Shown: positions 1 through 9,529 of the stretch, piece after piece | How the letters are laid out: the number at the start of each line of letters is the position of its first letter | Numbering within the stretch: position 1 is the first letter of the stretch | DNA from: an uncultured delta proteobacterium | Lineage (GTDB): Bacteria > Myxococcota_A > Polyangia > Polyangiales > Polyangiaceae | Reading direction: 5' to 3' | Length of the DNA stretch: 64,000 nucleotides | NCBI GenBank assembly: GCA_963850305.1 | Contig: CAWKKR010000001.1 | Coordinates: 416,001 to 480,000 of the forward strand | The notes under the pieces: model-generated | Databases searched by the model: none | What the model saw: only the letters and a program-made list of their open reading frames with translations | What the model was told of the DNA's origin: nothing | Translations under genes and position numbers: made by a program

Positions 1-1039
1 GGCGTCGAGCTCCGACAGGTGAAGAGCGTCGAGCTCGGCGAGGCGGCTTTCGTCGTCCACGGCGCGCATCACGCGCGTGGCCGCACCGTCGTGTAGCGCC
101 ACGCCATGCCGGCGAGCGGCGGCATCGATCTCCGCTTCGTTGGGCATGCCCCCGGGCGGTGCGTGGACGCGATTGACCACGAAAGCGTCGCTCGTCATCC
201 TGTCGTCGTGGAGGCGTTCGGCGAAGTACTCGATCTCCTTTATCGCGAGCGGTGCCGGGCTCGTCACCAGGACGTACGCCACGTCCTCGCTGCGGAAGGC
301 CCGTGACACGCGCTCGGCGCGCTCCTTGAAGCCGCCGAAGAGGTCGTTCAGATCGCTGATCAGCTCGGCCATCTGCTCCAGAAAGCCGCCACCCGTCAGC
401 TTGCCCACGCCGCGCAGCACCATCGCGACGCTCTGCGCGACGAGGTTCAGGCTGAGCTTGCGCGATTTGTCGAAGGCCTGGATGAACCAGCGTATCGCGG
501 GACCGTCCAGCGCCTCCACCAGCCGCTCCGGCGCTTCCAGGAAGTCGATGGCGTTCCGCGTCGGGGGCGTGTCGAGGATGATGAGATCGTACCTTGGGTC
601 GTCCTTCATCGCGAGGAGCTTCTCCATCGCCATGTAGTCCTGAGTTCCGGCAAGGCTCGTGGACACGTAGAGATAGAGCCGGTTGTTCAAGAATCCGGTC
701 GCGCGCCTCCGGGCTCGACGCGAACTTCGTCACGAGGTCATCGAACGTTCGCTTCGTGTCGAGCATCATGACCGTGAGCGTCCCGGACCCGAAGACGCCC
801 GCGCTCGAGAGGAGCGCCGGGGCGACGACCCGTTCGTCGGTCGTCATCCGGTCGAGGCCGAGGCTGTTCGCGAGACGCTTCGCGGGGTCGATCGTGAGCG
901 TGAGCACGCGCTTGCCGCGCTTCGCCGCCGCCAGTCCGAGCGCGGCCGCGACCGTGGTCTTCCCCACCCCGCCGCAGCCGACGCAGAGGACGACGCGGCG
1001 CGAGTCGATCAACGACGAGAGGCTCGGGGGAGGCGACAT
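1..1039 (-). CDS. ArsA/GET3-family (anion-transporting) ATPase; runs off the left edge; apparent 1-nt frameshift near 690-695
   Basis: Manual translation from ATG 1039 gives VVLCVGCGGVGKTT (deviant Walker A), LTIDPAKRLANSLG and MLDTKRTFDDLV. After removing one base it continues RILNNRLYLYVSTSLAGTQDYMAMEKL...IILDTPPTRNAIDFLEAP, all typical of the family. Confidence 0.85.
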   Translation of the reverse strand, partial: MSPPPSLSSLIDSRRVVLCVGCGGVGKTTVAAALGLAAAKRGKRVLTLTIDPAKRLANSLGLDRMTTDERVVAPALLSSAGVFGSGTLTVMMLDTKRTFDDLVTKFASSPEARDRILEQPALSLRVHEPCRNSGLHGDGEAPRDEGRPKVRSHHPRHAPDAERHRLPGSAGAAGGGAGRSRDTLVHPGLRQIAQAQPEPRRAERRDGAARRGQADGWRLSGADGRADQRSERPLRRLQGARRARVTGLPQRGRGVRPGDEPGTARDKGDRVLRRTPPRRQDDERRFRGQSRPRTARGHAQRSGDRCRRSPAWRGATRRCGHARDARRGRRKPPRRARRSSPVGARR

Positions 1040-1188
1040 ACCGCGGGTCTCGCCCTCTACCGCGGGCATGCCAGCGCTCGCAACTCGAACGAGGAAAAGG
1101 CGCTCTCTCGCCGCTCGACTCGGTCTTCGCTTCCCGTGGGCGACCGACAAACTTGGCCGTCCCGGACAGAACTCTGCATGGGGTACTC

Positions 1189-1605
1189 ATGTCCGGCCCC
1201 CAGGCGACGACGCCGACCTCCTCCAGTTCGACGGACCTGCCCGAGGAACGCCGTGTGGCCCGGAGCTCGGACGCGCTCCTGTCGCTCTCGCGGTGCTTCG
1301 AGTCGACCCGGCGGCGGACGGGTCTCGACACGCTGGTCCTGGCGGACCTCTCGGGGCTCGCGATCGCGGGCGCGGGCCCCTCGGCGGCGTGCGAGGAACT
1401 GGCCGCCCGCGCGGCTGTGCCCCCTGCGAACGACACCGTCCCGTGCCGTTTCGACGTCGTGACGCGGGCGTTCTCCGTGAGGCGGCTCAGGATCGACGGA
1501 ATCGAAATCCTGCTCTGCGCGGAGGGCGGAAGCCCCGAGCCGCTGCCTCTACTCGAAGCGGTGGCGGCCTGCGAACGGATTCTCGGGCGTCCGAAACGCG
1601 GCTGA
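1189..1605 (+). CDS. Small hypothetical protein, possibly Roadblock/LC7-like fold
   Basis: ORF with GLDTLVLADLSGLAIAGAG...CEELAA pattern resembling roadblock domains; start ATG 1189 inferred. Confidence 0.5.
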   Translation: MSGPQATTPTSSSSTDLPEERRVARSSDALLSLSRCFESTRRRTGLDTLVLADLSGLAIAGAGPSAACEELAARAAVPPANDTVPCRFDVVTRAFSVRRLRIDGIEILLCAEGGSPEPLPLLEAVAACERILGRPKRG

Positions 1606-1716
1606 GAGTTCGAGCAGCGACGCGCGATTCGCGGTCGCTTACGCGAACGCCGCGACGTAGGATTCGCGCACGATCCCGATGCCCATGCGAGCCCAAAGGT
1701 TCTGGCGATGCGGAGC

Positions 1717-2442
1717 ATGAGCGGCTTCACCGACCTGCATTGTCACTTCGTTCCGGGCATCGACGACGGCGCGCCGACCGCGGAAGACGGGCTCGCGCTC
1801 TTGCGCACCCTTCGAGCAGCGGGCTTCGAGCACGTCGTCGGAACCCCCCACATGCGCCCCGGGATGTTCGACAACGACGCCGCCCTCCTGAAGGGCGCTT
1901 TCGCGCGGTTCGAACCGCTGCTCGCGGGGCTCACGGACGTCCCGAGCGTTGCCCTCGCCAGCGAACACTACTTCGACGACGTCGTGTTCGCTCGCTTGCT
2001 CGCCGGTGAGGGCCTGCCGTATCCCGGCGGGCGCGCGGTGCTCCTCGAGTTCTACGACGTGGACTTCATCCCGGCCGTCGAGGCCCGCCTCTTCGACTTG
2101 CGGCGTCGGCAACTGATGCCGGTGATCGCGCACCCCGAGCGCTACCGGAGCCTCTGGAAATCCCACGAGCGGCTCGCGCGCCTCGTCGCCACGGGCTCCG
2201 TCGCGCTCCTCGACACGGCGGCGCTGGTCGGCAAGTACGGCAAGGAACCCGAGCGCGCCGCCAGACGCATGCTCGAGGACAATCTGTACCATGCCGCCTG
2301 CAGCGACGCGCACCGACCCCGCGACGTGGAAGAGGTCCTCCGCGGCATTCGGTTCATCCAGAAGCGCTACGGCGAGGAAGAAGTCGATCGTCTGTTCCGG
2401 CGCGGCCCGGCGGAGATCCTGGCCGGGACGGTCGGCTCGTGA
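1717..2442 (+). CDS. CpsB/CapC (YwqE-like) PHP-family protein-tyrosine phosphatase
   Basis: Motifs DLHCHFVPGIDDG, TPH, IAHPERY, SDAH. Confidence 0.9.
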   Translation: MSGFTDLHCHFVPGIDDGAPTAEDGLALLRTLRAAGFEHVVGTPHMRPGMFDNDAALLKGAFARFEPLLAGLTDVPSVALASEHYFDDVVFARLLAGEGLPYPGGRAVLLEFYDVDFIPAVEARLFDLRRRQLMPVIAHPERYRSLWKSHERLARLVATGSVALLDTAALVGKYGKEPERAARRMLEDNLYHAACSDAHRPRDVEEVLRGIRFIQKRYGEEEVDRLFRRGPAEILAGTVGS

Positions 2443-3518
2443 GCGCACCGGCCTCGGGCGCAGGGGCGTTCTTAGGACGGCACGGGGGCAAACTGCTCGC
2501 GTCCCTGGTGGTCGCAGGATGTTTCGGGTGGCTGTTGCACAAGGGGGCCCTGCCGCTCGCCCCCGGCGCCTCGAGCTTCGCGAAGATGAAGTGGTGGACG
2601 GTGGGAGCCTACGTCGTGCTGTTCTGCTGCGTGCACGTGATCCGAGCCGGGCGCTGGACGTGGCTCCTCCGCCCGATCGCCGAGGTCCGGTTTCGTCGCA
2701 TTCTCGCGGTGTCGTTCATCGGGTTCGCCGCGATCGCACTCGTGCCGCTACGCGCCGGCGAAGCCGTGCGCCCGCTGCTCGTCCGCGACAACGACAAGCT
2801 CTCGGGGTGGGCCGCCACAGGGACCATCGCCGCGGAGCGCATCCTCGACGGTCTCTTCCTGAGCGCAATGCTCCTCGCAGGACTCGCCTTCTCGACGCCG
2901 CTCTCGCCCCTGCCGGATCACATCGGCAATCTGCCGGTGTCGCCCGCGATCGTCCCGCGCGCGGCGTATCTCGCGCTCATCGTGTTCGCGACGGCGTTCG
3001 TCGTGATGGGCGTCTTCTACGTTAAGCGCGACTTCGCCCGTCGCACGACGGCGCGCGTGATCGGCGTCGTGTCTCCACGATTGGCCTCGTGGCTCGCGAA
3101 TCGCGTGGAGCATGTCGCGGGCGGTCTCCGCTTTCTGACCAGTCTCCGCGTCGCCGTGCCGTTCGTGCTCGCCACGGCGGTGTACTGGCTCCTGAACTCG
3201 GCAGGCGCGTGGCTGCTCGCGTGGGGTTCGGGCTTCGATGCGTTCACGTTTCCACAAGCATGCGTGACCACCGGCGTGGTCGCGCTCGGCATCCTCGTCC
3301 CCAACGCGCCCGGCTTCTTCGGCGCGTATCAGCTCGCCTTCTACGCCGCCCTCGCCGTCTATTACCCGCCGGAGATGGTCGTCGGCCCGGGCGCGGCGTG
3401 CGTGCTCATCATCTACTCCGTGCAGCTCATTCTCACCATCCTCGCCGCGATACTCGGAATGCTCCTCGAAAAGCCGAACCTCTCCCGCAGGCTCGCGGCG
3501 GAGTCGGCGGCGGGCTAG
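2439..3518 (+). CDS. Lysylphosphatidylglycerol-synthase TM-domain (flippase-like) membrane protein
   Basis: Multiple TM helices; RW..LL, P.RAGE..R, ERILD and P.APGFFG.Y motifs; GTGA overlap with the upstream stop. Confidence 0.8.
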   Translation: MSAPASGAGAFLGRHGGKLLASLVVAGCFGWLLHKGALPLAPGASSFAKMKWWTVGAYVVLFCCVHVIRAGRWTWLLRPIAEVRFRRILAVSFIGFAAIALVPLRAGEAVRPLLVRDNDKLSGWAATGTIAAERILDGLFLSAMLLAGLAFSTPLSPLPDHIGNLPVSPAIVPRAAYLALIVFATAFVVMGVFYVKRDFARRTTARVIGVVSPRLASWLANRVEHVAGGLRFLTSLRVAVPFVLATAVYWLLNSAGAWLLAWGSGFDAFTFPQACVTTGVVALGILVPNAPGFFGAYQLAFYAALAVYYPPEMVVGPGAACVLIIYSVQLILTILAAILGMLLEKPNLSRRLAAESAAG

Positions 3519-3621
3519 GACAGCGCCGGGCAGTTTGTCGGCGCCCCGCGTCTGTCGCCACCTGCAGGCAGCCTGCGCCGGTCTGGTTCCACTATCACGA
3601 AACGTGTGTCTTGCGGGGATA

Positions 3622-3744
3622 GGGTCGCCCCGCGGGGGCGGGGCGATCCTCCTCGCCCGCCCCTTCGCCCCGCAACCGCGTCGGCGCAGCTTGACCCAGT
3701 GTCGCCCGCGTCTCCAGCGGCGCAACGTCCCCGCGGGGCGACCC
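3622..3744. repeat. 123-bp intergenic element bounded by a perfect 16-bp inverted repeat
   Basis: gggtcgccccgcgggg (3622-3637) and ccccgcggggcgaccc (3729-3744) are exact reverse complements; an internal GC hairpin lies near 3636-3663. Confidence 0.75.
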
Positions 3745-3855
3745 CAAACATCATCTCTGTGCGGACGAGCGCTCGCTCCCCGCACGGCCTCCGACCCTGG
3801 CCCGGAGCTTCCCCGGAACTTGGCCCGGGAAGCGACACCCGTATAGCGGATGTGC

Positions 3856-4290
3856 ATGCGTCGGTTGGTTGCGGTTCTGGGCCTGCTCGCTCTGGTGCTT
3901 GCGGGCGGCGACGTGGGCGCTAGCGTCGAAGCCGAGACCGGGTACAGCAAGGTCCAGACTTACAACGCCGCGCTCCGCTATCTGCGCGTCGACCTGGCCT
4001 ACGACGTGACCGAGAAGGACGAGGAGGCGGGGTACTTGCTCTTCCGCTTCGTGCCAGACGACCAGAAGAAGCCGACGAACGGCTCCATCGAGATCGTGGA
4101 GCAACGTTACGGGGTGCGCGTCTACGTCCGGATGCCGGAGCGACCACGCTATCAGGAAGAGGTCCTCAGCGACGGCTTGCTCCAGAAGCTCCGCGACGAA
4201 TACGGCGACCCGCCTCCGGAAAAGGACGCTCCGCCCCCCGATCGCAAGAGGGACCGCGACAAAGACGACCCCGACGGCGGGGGCGGCTGA
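3856..4290 (+). CDS. Secreted hypothetical protein
   Basis: Signal-peptide-like MRRLVAVLGLLALVLAG, globular core, Pro/charged tail. Confidence 0.7.
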   Translation: MRRLVAVLGLLALVLAGGDVGASVEAETGYSKVQTYNAALRYLRVDLAYDVTEKDEEAGYLLFRFVPDDQKKPTNGSIEIVEQRYGVRVYVRMPERPRYQEEVLSDGLLQKLRDEYGDPPPEKDAPPPDRKRDRDKDDPDGGGG

Positions 4291-4369
4291 GCGGAGAGAG
4301 GCTTCGTTTCCGTGATCTCCGTGGCACGCGGGCCATGGGAGCGATAGATGTGGGCGGGTCCAGGACCTT

Positions 4370-5617
4370 ATGGTGTTGCGCGACCGTCCCCTGCCCGCGG
4401 AAATCGGGCGTTATCGAATCGTCCGCTTGCACGGACAGGGCGCGATGGGACGCGTCTTGCTGGCGCACGACTCCGTGCTCGATCGGGACGTCGCGCTGAA
4501 GCTGCTGCGCGACGATCTCGCGATCGAGGACGAACAGCGCAAGGGGCTCTTCGACCGGATGCGGCAGGAAGCTCGCGCCGCAGCGCGCGTGAGCCACCCG
4601 AACATCATCGCGCTCCACGACATGGGCGAGGATCCGGAGTGGGGTCTCTATCTCGTCTTCGAGTACATCGAGGGGGCGACGCTGAAGGAACGGCTGGAGC
4701 GCGGCGCCCTGGGTCCGATGGCGGCAGCGCGCCTCGCGACAGAGCTCGGCTCGGCGCTCACGACCGCCCACGAGGCGGGCGTGCTTCACCGCGACGTGAA
4801 GCCCGAGAACATCATCCTGGCGAGCACGGGCGGCAAGATTGCGGACTTCGGGATCGCGCGCGTGCCGGACTCCACGCTCACGTTCGCGGGCGGCCTCCTC
4901 GGTACCCCGGCGTACAGCGCGCCCGAGGCGCTCTCGGGGGGCCGCTTCTCGTCGAAGAGCGACCAGTTCTCGCTCGCCGCGACGCTCTACGAGGCCATCT
5001 CCGGAAAGCGAGCGTTCCCCGGCGAGGATGCGGTTGCCGTGGCGAGCAAGATCGCGACGGAGGATCCCGCGAAGGTAGCCGCGGGCGCCGGTGTCGATGC
5101 GCACGTGGATACGGTGCTGGCCCGCGGGCTTGCGCGCGATCCGCGCGGGCGGTTCGATTCGTGCGAGGAGTTCGGCAATGCGCTCTCGGAGGCGCTCCGG
5201 ATGGCGCCGCGCTCTGCGATGCCGACCTTGCCGGACGAAATCCATCGCGCGACGCAGGAGGCCGCGGGCGTGCGCGTCGCTCGCGCCGGCGCCGGCGGGA
5301 TAGCGATCGGCGCGATGCTCGCGATCCTGGGCTTTCAACTGACGGCACGACTCCGCCAGGAAGAGCCGAAGCACGAGGCGCCCCGCGTCGCGCGTGTGAC
5401 GCTGGCTCCCATCGAGGCGGAGCCCGTGGCGTGGCTCGCGGAGCGGCCCAAGGCGCCGAAGCCATCCGAGGCCCGCTTCGTCACCAGGTCGGTCGAGCGA
5501 CCCCACGTGGTCCACACTCGCGACGGTGGCCGAGAGCAGGATACCGCGACGCTCGAGCACAAGGCACGGGACGCCGGGCAGGCGGGCGACGCGGGCACCG
5601 GAGAGCGCGCGCGATGA
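4370..5617 (+). CDS. Hanks-type Ser/Thr protein kinase with one C-terminal TM segment
   Basis: GQGAMGRV, VALK, HRDVKPEN, DFGIA, GTPAYSAPE, SDQFSL. Confidence 0.95.
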   Translation: MVLRDRPLPAEIGRYRIVRLHGQGAMGRVLLAHDSVLDRDVALKLLRDDLAIEDEQRKGLFDRMRQEARAAARVSHPNIIALHDMGEDPEWGLYLVFEYIEGATLKERLERGALGPMAAARLATELGSALTTAHEAGVLHRDVKPENIILASTGGKIADFGIARVPDSTLTFAGGLLGTPAYSAPEALSGGRFSSKSDQFSLAATLYEAISGKRAFPGEDAVAVASKIATEDPAKVAAGAGVDAHVDTVLARGLARDPRGRFDSCEEFGNALSEALRMAPRSAMPTLPDEIHRATQEAAGVRVARAGAGGIAIGAMLAILGFQLTARLRQEEPKHEAPRVARVTLAPIEAEPVAWLAERPKAPKPSEARFVTRSVERPHVVHTRDGGREQDTATLEHKARDAGQAGDAGTGERAR

Positions 5618-6573
5618 GCCGGCGCCTCGCCGCCGCGGTGCTCCTGTCGCTGGCGTGGGTCGCGGCAGCGCGCTGGTCTCCGGCGCGGACGGAATGGATG
5701 GCCGGTCCGCACGCGGGTTCTCCCGGTGCAGAAGCCGACGCGGTGCCCTCGGGCGTCGTCACGCTCCACGCTCCGGAGGCGGGGATGATCCTGGTGCCGC
5801 GCTCGACGTTCACGATGGGCTCGACGGACGACGACGTGCTCGGTGCGTTCGTCGATTGTCAGAAAGAGCCCGGCGCGCAGCACTGCGATCCGAGTCTCTT
5901 CGCGGACGAGACTCCACCGCACAGGGTGACGGTGTCCGCGTTCTGGCTGGACCGGACCGAGGTCACGGTCGAGGCGTACGAGGGTTGCTCCGCGATCGGC
6001 CGGTGCGACACGTTGCCCTACGCCGAGGGAGCGCGGCGGTTCGAGCGCGCGGACTTCCCGGTATCGATGGTCACGTGGCCCGAGGCTCGGGATTATTGCG
6101 CGTTCCGCGGCGCCCGCTTGCCCACCGAGGCCGAGTTCGAGCGCGCCGCACGCGGTGTGACGCGGCGGAGATTCCCCTGGGGCAACGTGTACGACTCCCA
6201 CGTCGTCAACCACGGGCGGCTCGCGTGGACGCCGACCGACGCCACGGATGGCTTCGCGGAGCTCGCGCCGGTCGGGTCGTTCCCCGCGGGCCGCACGCCG
6301 GACGGGTTCCTCGATCTCGCCGGCAACGTGATGGAATGGGTGCAGGATTGGTACGCGCCCGCGTATCCGGACAAGGACGAGGTCGACCCGACCGGACCCG
6401 ACGCGACTGCAGCCACGACGGCCCGGGTACTCCGGGGTGGCAGCTTCGAGAGCGCCGCGCCGTGGGTCCGTGGCGCCGCTCGCATGGGCGCCGACCCGAG
6501 TACGCGCAGGCCGTCCATCGGGTTCCGGTGCGCCAAGAGCGCACGGTCGTCCGATCGCGGAGCAACGCCTTGA
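5614..6573 (+). CDS. FGE-sulfatase (SUMF1/EgtB/PvdO) domain exported protein
   Basis: FTMGS, E.PPHRV, DRTEVT, RLPTEAEFERAARG, DLAGNVMEW, RGGS, GFRC; ATGA overlap with the kinase stop. Confidence 0.9.
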   Translation: MSRRLAAAVLLSLAWVAAARWSPARTEWMAGPHAGSPGAEADAVPSGVVTLHAPEAGMILVPRSTFTMGSTDDDVLGAFVDCQKEPGAQHCDPSLFADETPPHRVTVSAFWLDRTEVTVEAYEGCSAIGRCDTLPYAEGARRFERADFPVSMVTWPEARDYCAFRGARLPTEAEFERAARGVTRRRFPWGNVYDSHVVNHGRLAWTPTDATDGFAELAPVGSFPAGRTPDGFLDLAGNVMEWVQDWYAPAYPDKDEVDPTGPDATAATTARVLRGGSFESAAPWVRGAARMGADPSTRRPSIGFRCAKSARSSDRGATP

Positions 6574-6648
6574 ACGGGAATGAGGAGCGATGGCTCCGTG
6601 ACCCCAGGAAAGCGCCTGTTCCCGCCCGCGGCGAGCGGGTGAGATGAG

Positions 6649-7185
6649 ATGCTGAAGCTGCCCGTCACGGCCGCCGCGACGTTCGTCCTCGTGCGGCCGC
6701 ACTATCCGGAAAATGTGGGCGCCGCCGCGCGGGCGATCAAGACGATGGGGATCACGTCGCTCACGCTGGTGAAGCCAGGGCGGCTCGCGGTGCCGGAGCA
6801 CGAGATGGCGCTGAAGATGGCCGTGAAGTCCTGGGACGTCCTCGAGGCCGCGACCCGCTGCGAGACGCTCGACGCGGCGCTCGCGAGCGCCGCGCGCGTG
6901 TTCGGTACCACGTCGCGCCGCGGCGTGTCCGGTATCATCTCCCCGCGCCGCGCCGCGGAGCTCGCGGTCGGCGAGGCGGCGCTCGGGCACCGGGTCGCCT
7001 TCGTGTTCGGCAACGAGAAGACCGGGCTCGCCCAGGACGACGTCGCGCTCTGCGACGACCTGATTCGTATCCCCATGGCGGTGGACCAGCCCTCCATCAA
7101 CCTCGCGCAGGCGGTCCAGCTGGTCGCGTACGAGGTCTTCGTGGCAGGGCTCGCGGCGCGCGCCGGGGGAGAGGCCTTGGTGTAG
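6649..7185 (+). CDS. SPOUT RNA methyltransferase, TrmJ/LasT family (catalytic domain only)
   Basis: P..PENVGAAARA.K.MG, VFGNEKTGL, IPM....SINLAQAV. Confidence 0.85.
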   Translation: MLKLPVTAAATFVLVRPHYPENVGAAARAIKTMGITSLTLVKPGRLAVPEHEMALKMAVKSWDVLEAATRCETLDAALASAARVFGTTSRRGVSGIISPRRAAELAVGEAALGHRVAFVFGNEKTGLAQDDVALCDDLIRIPMAVDQPSINLAQAVQLVAYEVFVAGLAARAGGEALV

Positions 7186-7194
7186 CCTTGCGGG

Positions 7195-8256
7195 GTGAAT
7201 CCGGCGGACCCGATCGATCTGCGCTCCGACACCGTGACGAGGCCGTCGGCCGCGATGCGGGAGGCCATGGCTCGCGCTGACGTCGGCGACGACGTCTACG
7301 GTGAAGATCCCACCGCGAGGCGCCTCGAGGAGCGCGTCGCCGGCTTGCTCGGCAAAGAGGCGGCGCTGTTCGTCCCGTCCGGGACCATGTCGAACCAGAT
7401 CGCGCTTCTGTTGCACACACGTCGCGGGGACGCCGTCATCGCGGGCGAGGGCACGCACTGTGCGGTGCTCGAGTCGGGCGCGGCGGGCGCGTGGAGCGGC
7501 GTGTCGTTCATCGCGGCCGGCGCCGGCGGGCTCTTCGACGCGGAGGAACTCGAGAGCGCCCTGCCCCAGAGCGGCATCGCGTACGCGCGTCCGTCGCTCG
7601 TCGTCGTGGAGAACACGCACAATCGCGCGGGCGGGCGCGTGTTTTCGCACGGAGCCGTGCTGCGCATCGCGCGCGTCGCGCGCCGTCGTGGGCTTCAGCT
7701 GCACCTCGACGGCGCAAGGCTCTGGAACGCCTCCGTCGCGAGCGGGCACGCCGAGTCGGAGCTCGCTGCGCCGTTCGACACGGTCAGCGTCTGCTTCTCC
7801 AAGGGACTGGGCGCGCCGCTGGGGTCCGCGCTCGCCGGCTCACGCGCCCTCATCGACGAGGCGCGGCGTTATCGCAAGATGCTGGGTGGGGGCATGCGAC
7901 AGGCCGGCATCGTCGCGGCAGGCGCGCTGTTCGCGCTCGAGCACCACCGGCGGCGGCTCGCCGAGGATCATCGCGGAGCGCGGCTCTGCGCCGAAGCTTT
8001 GCTCGAGACTCGTGGAGCGTCGGTGGACATCGCCGCGGTCGAGACGAACGTCGTCAACGTGCGGCTCGCGGAACCGAAGGCGGAGGCGGTGGTCACTGAG
8101 GCCCGCAAGCGGGGGGTGCTGGTGAACGCCACGGCTGCGGAGCAGCTGCGCCTCGTCACGCACCTGGATGCGCCGCCGGAGCGCGCCCGTGAGGGCGCGG
8201 AGCGACTCGGGCGCGTGATCCAGGTTGTCGTCGGCGGGGACGAGGCGAGAAGGTGA
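7195..8256 (+). CDS. ltaE: Low-specificity L-threonine aldolase
   Basis: [47 protein letters not shown] (PLP lysine), GGGMRQAG. Confidence 0.95.
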   Translation: MNPADPIDLRSDTVTRPSAAMREAMARADVGDDVYGEDPTARRLEERVAGLLGKEAALFVPSGTMSNQIALLLHTRRGDAVIAGEGTHCAVLESGAAGAWSGVSFIAAGAGGLFDAEELESALPQSGIAYARPSLVVVENTHNRAGGRVFSHGAVLRIARVARRRGLQLHLDGARLWNASVASGHAESELAAPFDTVSVCFSKGLGAPLGSALAGSRALIDEARRYRKMLGGGMRQAGIVAAGALFALEHHRRRLAEDHRGARLCAEALLETRGASVDIAAVETNVVNVRLAEPKAEAVVTEARKRGVLVNATAAEQLRLVTHLDAPPERAREGAERLGRVIQVVVGGDEARR

Positions 8257-8344
8257 CGCGGAGCGGCTGCCAGCCCCCAACGGACCGCTGGATACCGTGA
8301 CCCGAGTGCCGCCGAACGCCGAAGCTACACCGGGCGAAGCGACG

Positions 8345-8743
8345 TCAGTCTTCGTCGGACGACTCTTCTTCTTCGTCCTCGTCGTCTTCGTCCTCGTCGT
8401 CTTCTTCGTCGTCCTCCTCCGCGGAGTCGTCGGCCTCGCCGGGCTCTTCGTCTTCCGTCGCGACCTTGGCGTCCGTCTTCAGATCAATCCCGACTTCCCC
8501 GAGCTGGGTCTCGAGGAGCTCGAACAGCTCGTCGACGTCGTCCCCGCTCCACTCGTCGAGGACGTCGGTCAGAAACTCGAAGAAATCTGCCGTATCGAGG
8601 CGGCGCTCGATCTCTTCGACCTGCTCTTCGGTGAATGCCTCGAGGATGTCTTCACGCAGGGACTCGGAGTCCCCTTCCTCGATCGCTTCCTGGGCAGAGA
8701 GCCGAATCTGCTTAACGGCACGTCTGTCGAGGTAGAGTTCCAT
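8345..8743 (-). CDS. Very acidic small hypothetical protein (59 of 132 residues D/E by my count)
   Basis: Clean ORF with GC3-biased codons, amphipathic acidic core and a D/E tail. Confidence 0.8.
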   Translation of the reverse strand: MELYLDRRAVKQIRLSAQEAIEEGDSESLREDILEAFTEEQVEEIERRLDTADFFEFLTDVLDEWSGDDVDELFELLETQLGEVGIDLKTDAKVATEDEEPGEADDSAEEDDEEDDEDEDDEDEEEESSDED

Positions 8744-8821
8744 GTGCTGTGCGCTCCGATGATCGTTTCCGCGTTTAAGCGAAGCGTCGCAGGGACGTCA
8801 AGGCCGGTTCTCGCAACCGAC

Positions 8822-9478
8822 GTGATTAGATGGAACGCCCGTGCCGTTCGCGTCGCTGCGGTGGCGGTGGCGGTGGTCGCTCTTCTGGCGCCGGCGGCCC
8901 GGGCCCAGGAGGGGCCGCCCCGAGCCTCGGAGCACTACTTCCAGTACGGCACTGCCTTTGCCACCGAGACGGTGGCTTCGGCCGGAGGGCTGTGTCCGGC
9001 GAACGCCAGCGACAACCCGTGCATCCTCGGCTCGGGCGTCGGCCTCGTCCTCCGCGCCGGCTATCGGGCGCGAGGTCCGTTCTTCATCGGCGGGGCGTAC
9101 GAGTTCTCGCGGCAAGACTCGTCAAACTTGCTCCGGCTCGCCGTCTTACAACAGCTCCGTGCGGAGGCACGATATTATCTGGTCGAGGGCACTCGCGTGT
9201 CCCCCTACTTCACCATGGGAACCGGCGGCGTCCTTTACGGGAACGAATGGGGCGCCGAAACGGGCGGCCTCATGGCTTCCCTCGGCGCCGGGGTCGAGCT
9301 CGAGATCAGCCGAACGTCGCTGGTCGGAGCTGCGGTCGCTTACCGTCCGATGCTCTTTCGTCACTGGGAAGATAGTGCCGGTCAGGTCCGCGCGGACAAC
9401 CTGTTCGGCTTCGGCCTGGCCCACATCGTCGGCATCGAGCTGGTGTTCGAGGTTCGCGACCCGCTCTCTCGATGGTAA
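8822..9478 (+). CDS. Putative small outer-membrane beta-barrel protein with a Cys-pair loop
   Basis: Signal peptide ending ARA-Q; alternating amphipathic strands (LVLRAGYR, FIGGAYEF, LRAEARYYL, LGAGVELEI); start GTG 8822 inferred. Confidence 0.7.
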   Translation: MIRWNARAVRVAAVAVAVVALLAPAARAQEGPPRASEHYFQYGTAFATETVASAGGLCPANASDNPCILGSGVGLVLRAGYRARGPFFIGGAYEFSRQDSSNLLRLAVLQQLRAEARYYLVEGTRVSPYFTMGTGGVLYGNEWGAETGGLMASLGAGVELEISRTSLVGAAVAYRPMLFRHWEDSAGQVRADNLFGFGLAHIVGIELVFEVRDPLSRW

Positions 9479-9529
9479 GGTGACAAAAGTCCCCTTGACT
9501 CGTTTCCGCCAGCAAGGTCCCCTAGCCTC

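Noticed and set aside
3611..3760. SRP RNA or tRNA in the structured intergenic region
   Set aside because: No SRP domain IV motif and no cloverleaf or TTCGA T-loop recognisable on either strand.
4348..6573. 741-aa ORF as a single fusion protein
   Set aside because: Its first 420 codons are an off-frame shadow of the kinase; the real FGE gene starts at ATG 5614.
5335..7749. Long antisense ORFs (also 35189..37099, 43300..45165, 55731..57353 and similar)
   Set aside because: Typical high-GC shadow frames opposite genes with clear family motifs.
8225..8821. N-terminal half of the 417-aa ORF
   Set aside because: Antisense shadow of the acidic protein gene; a signal peptide appears only from about 8822.
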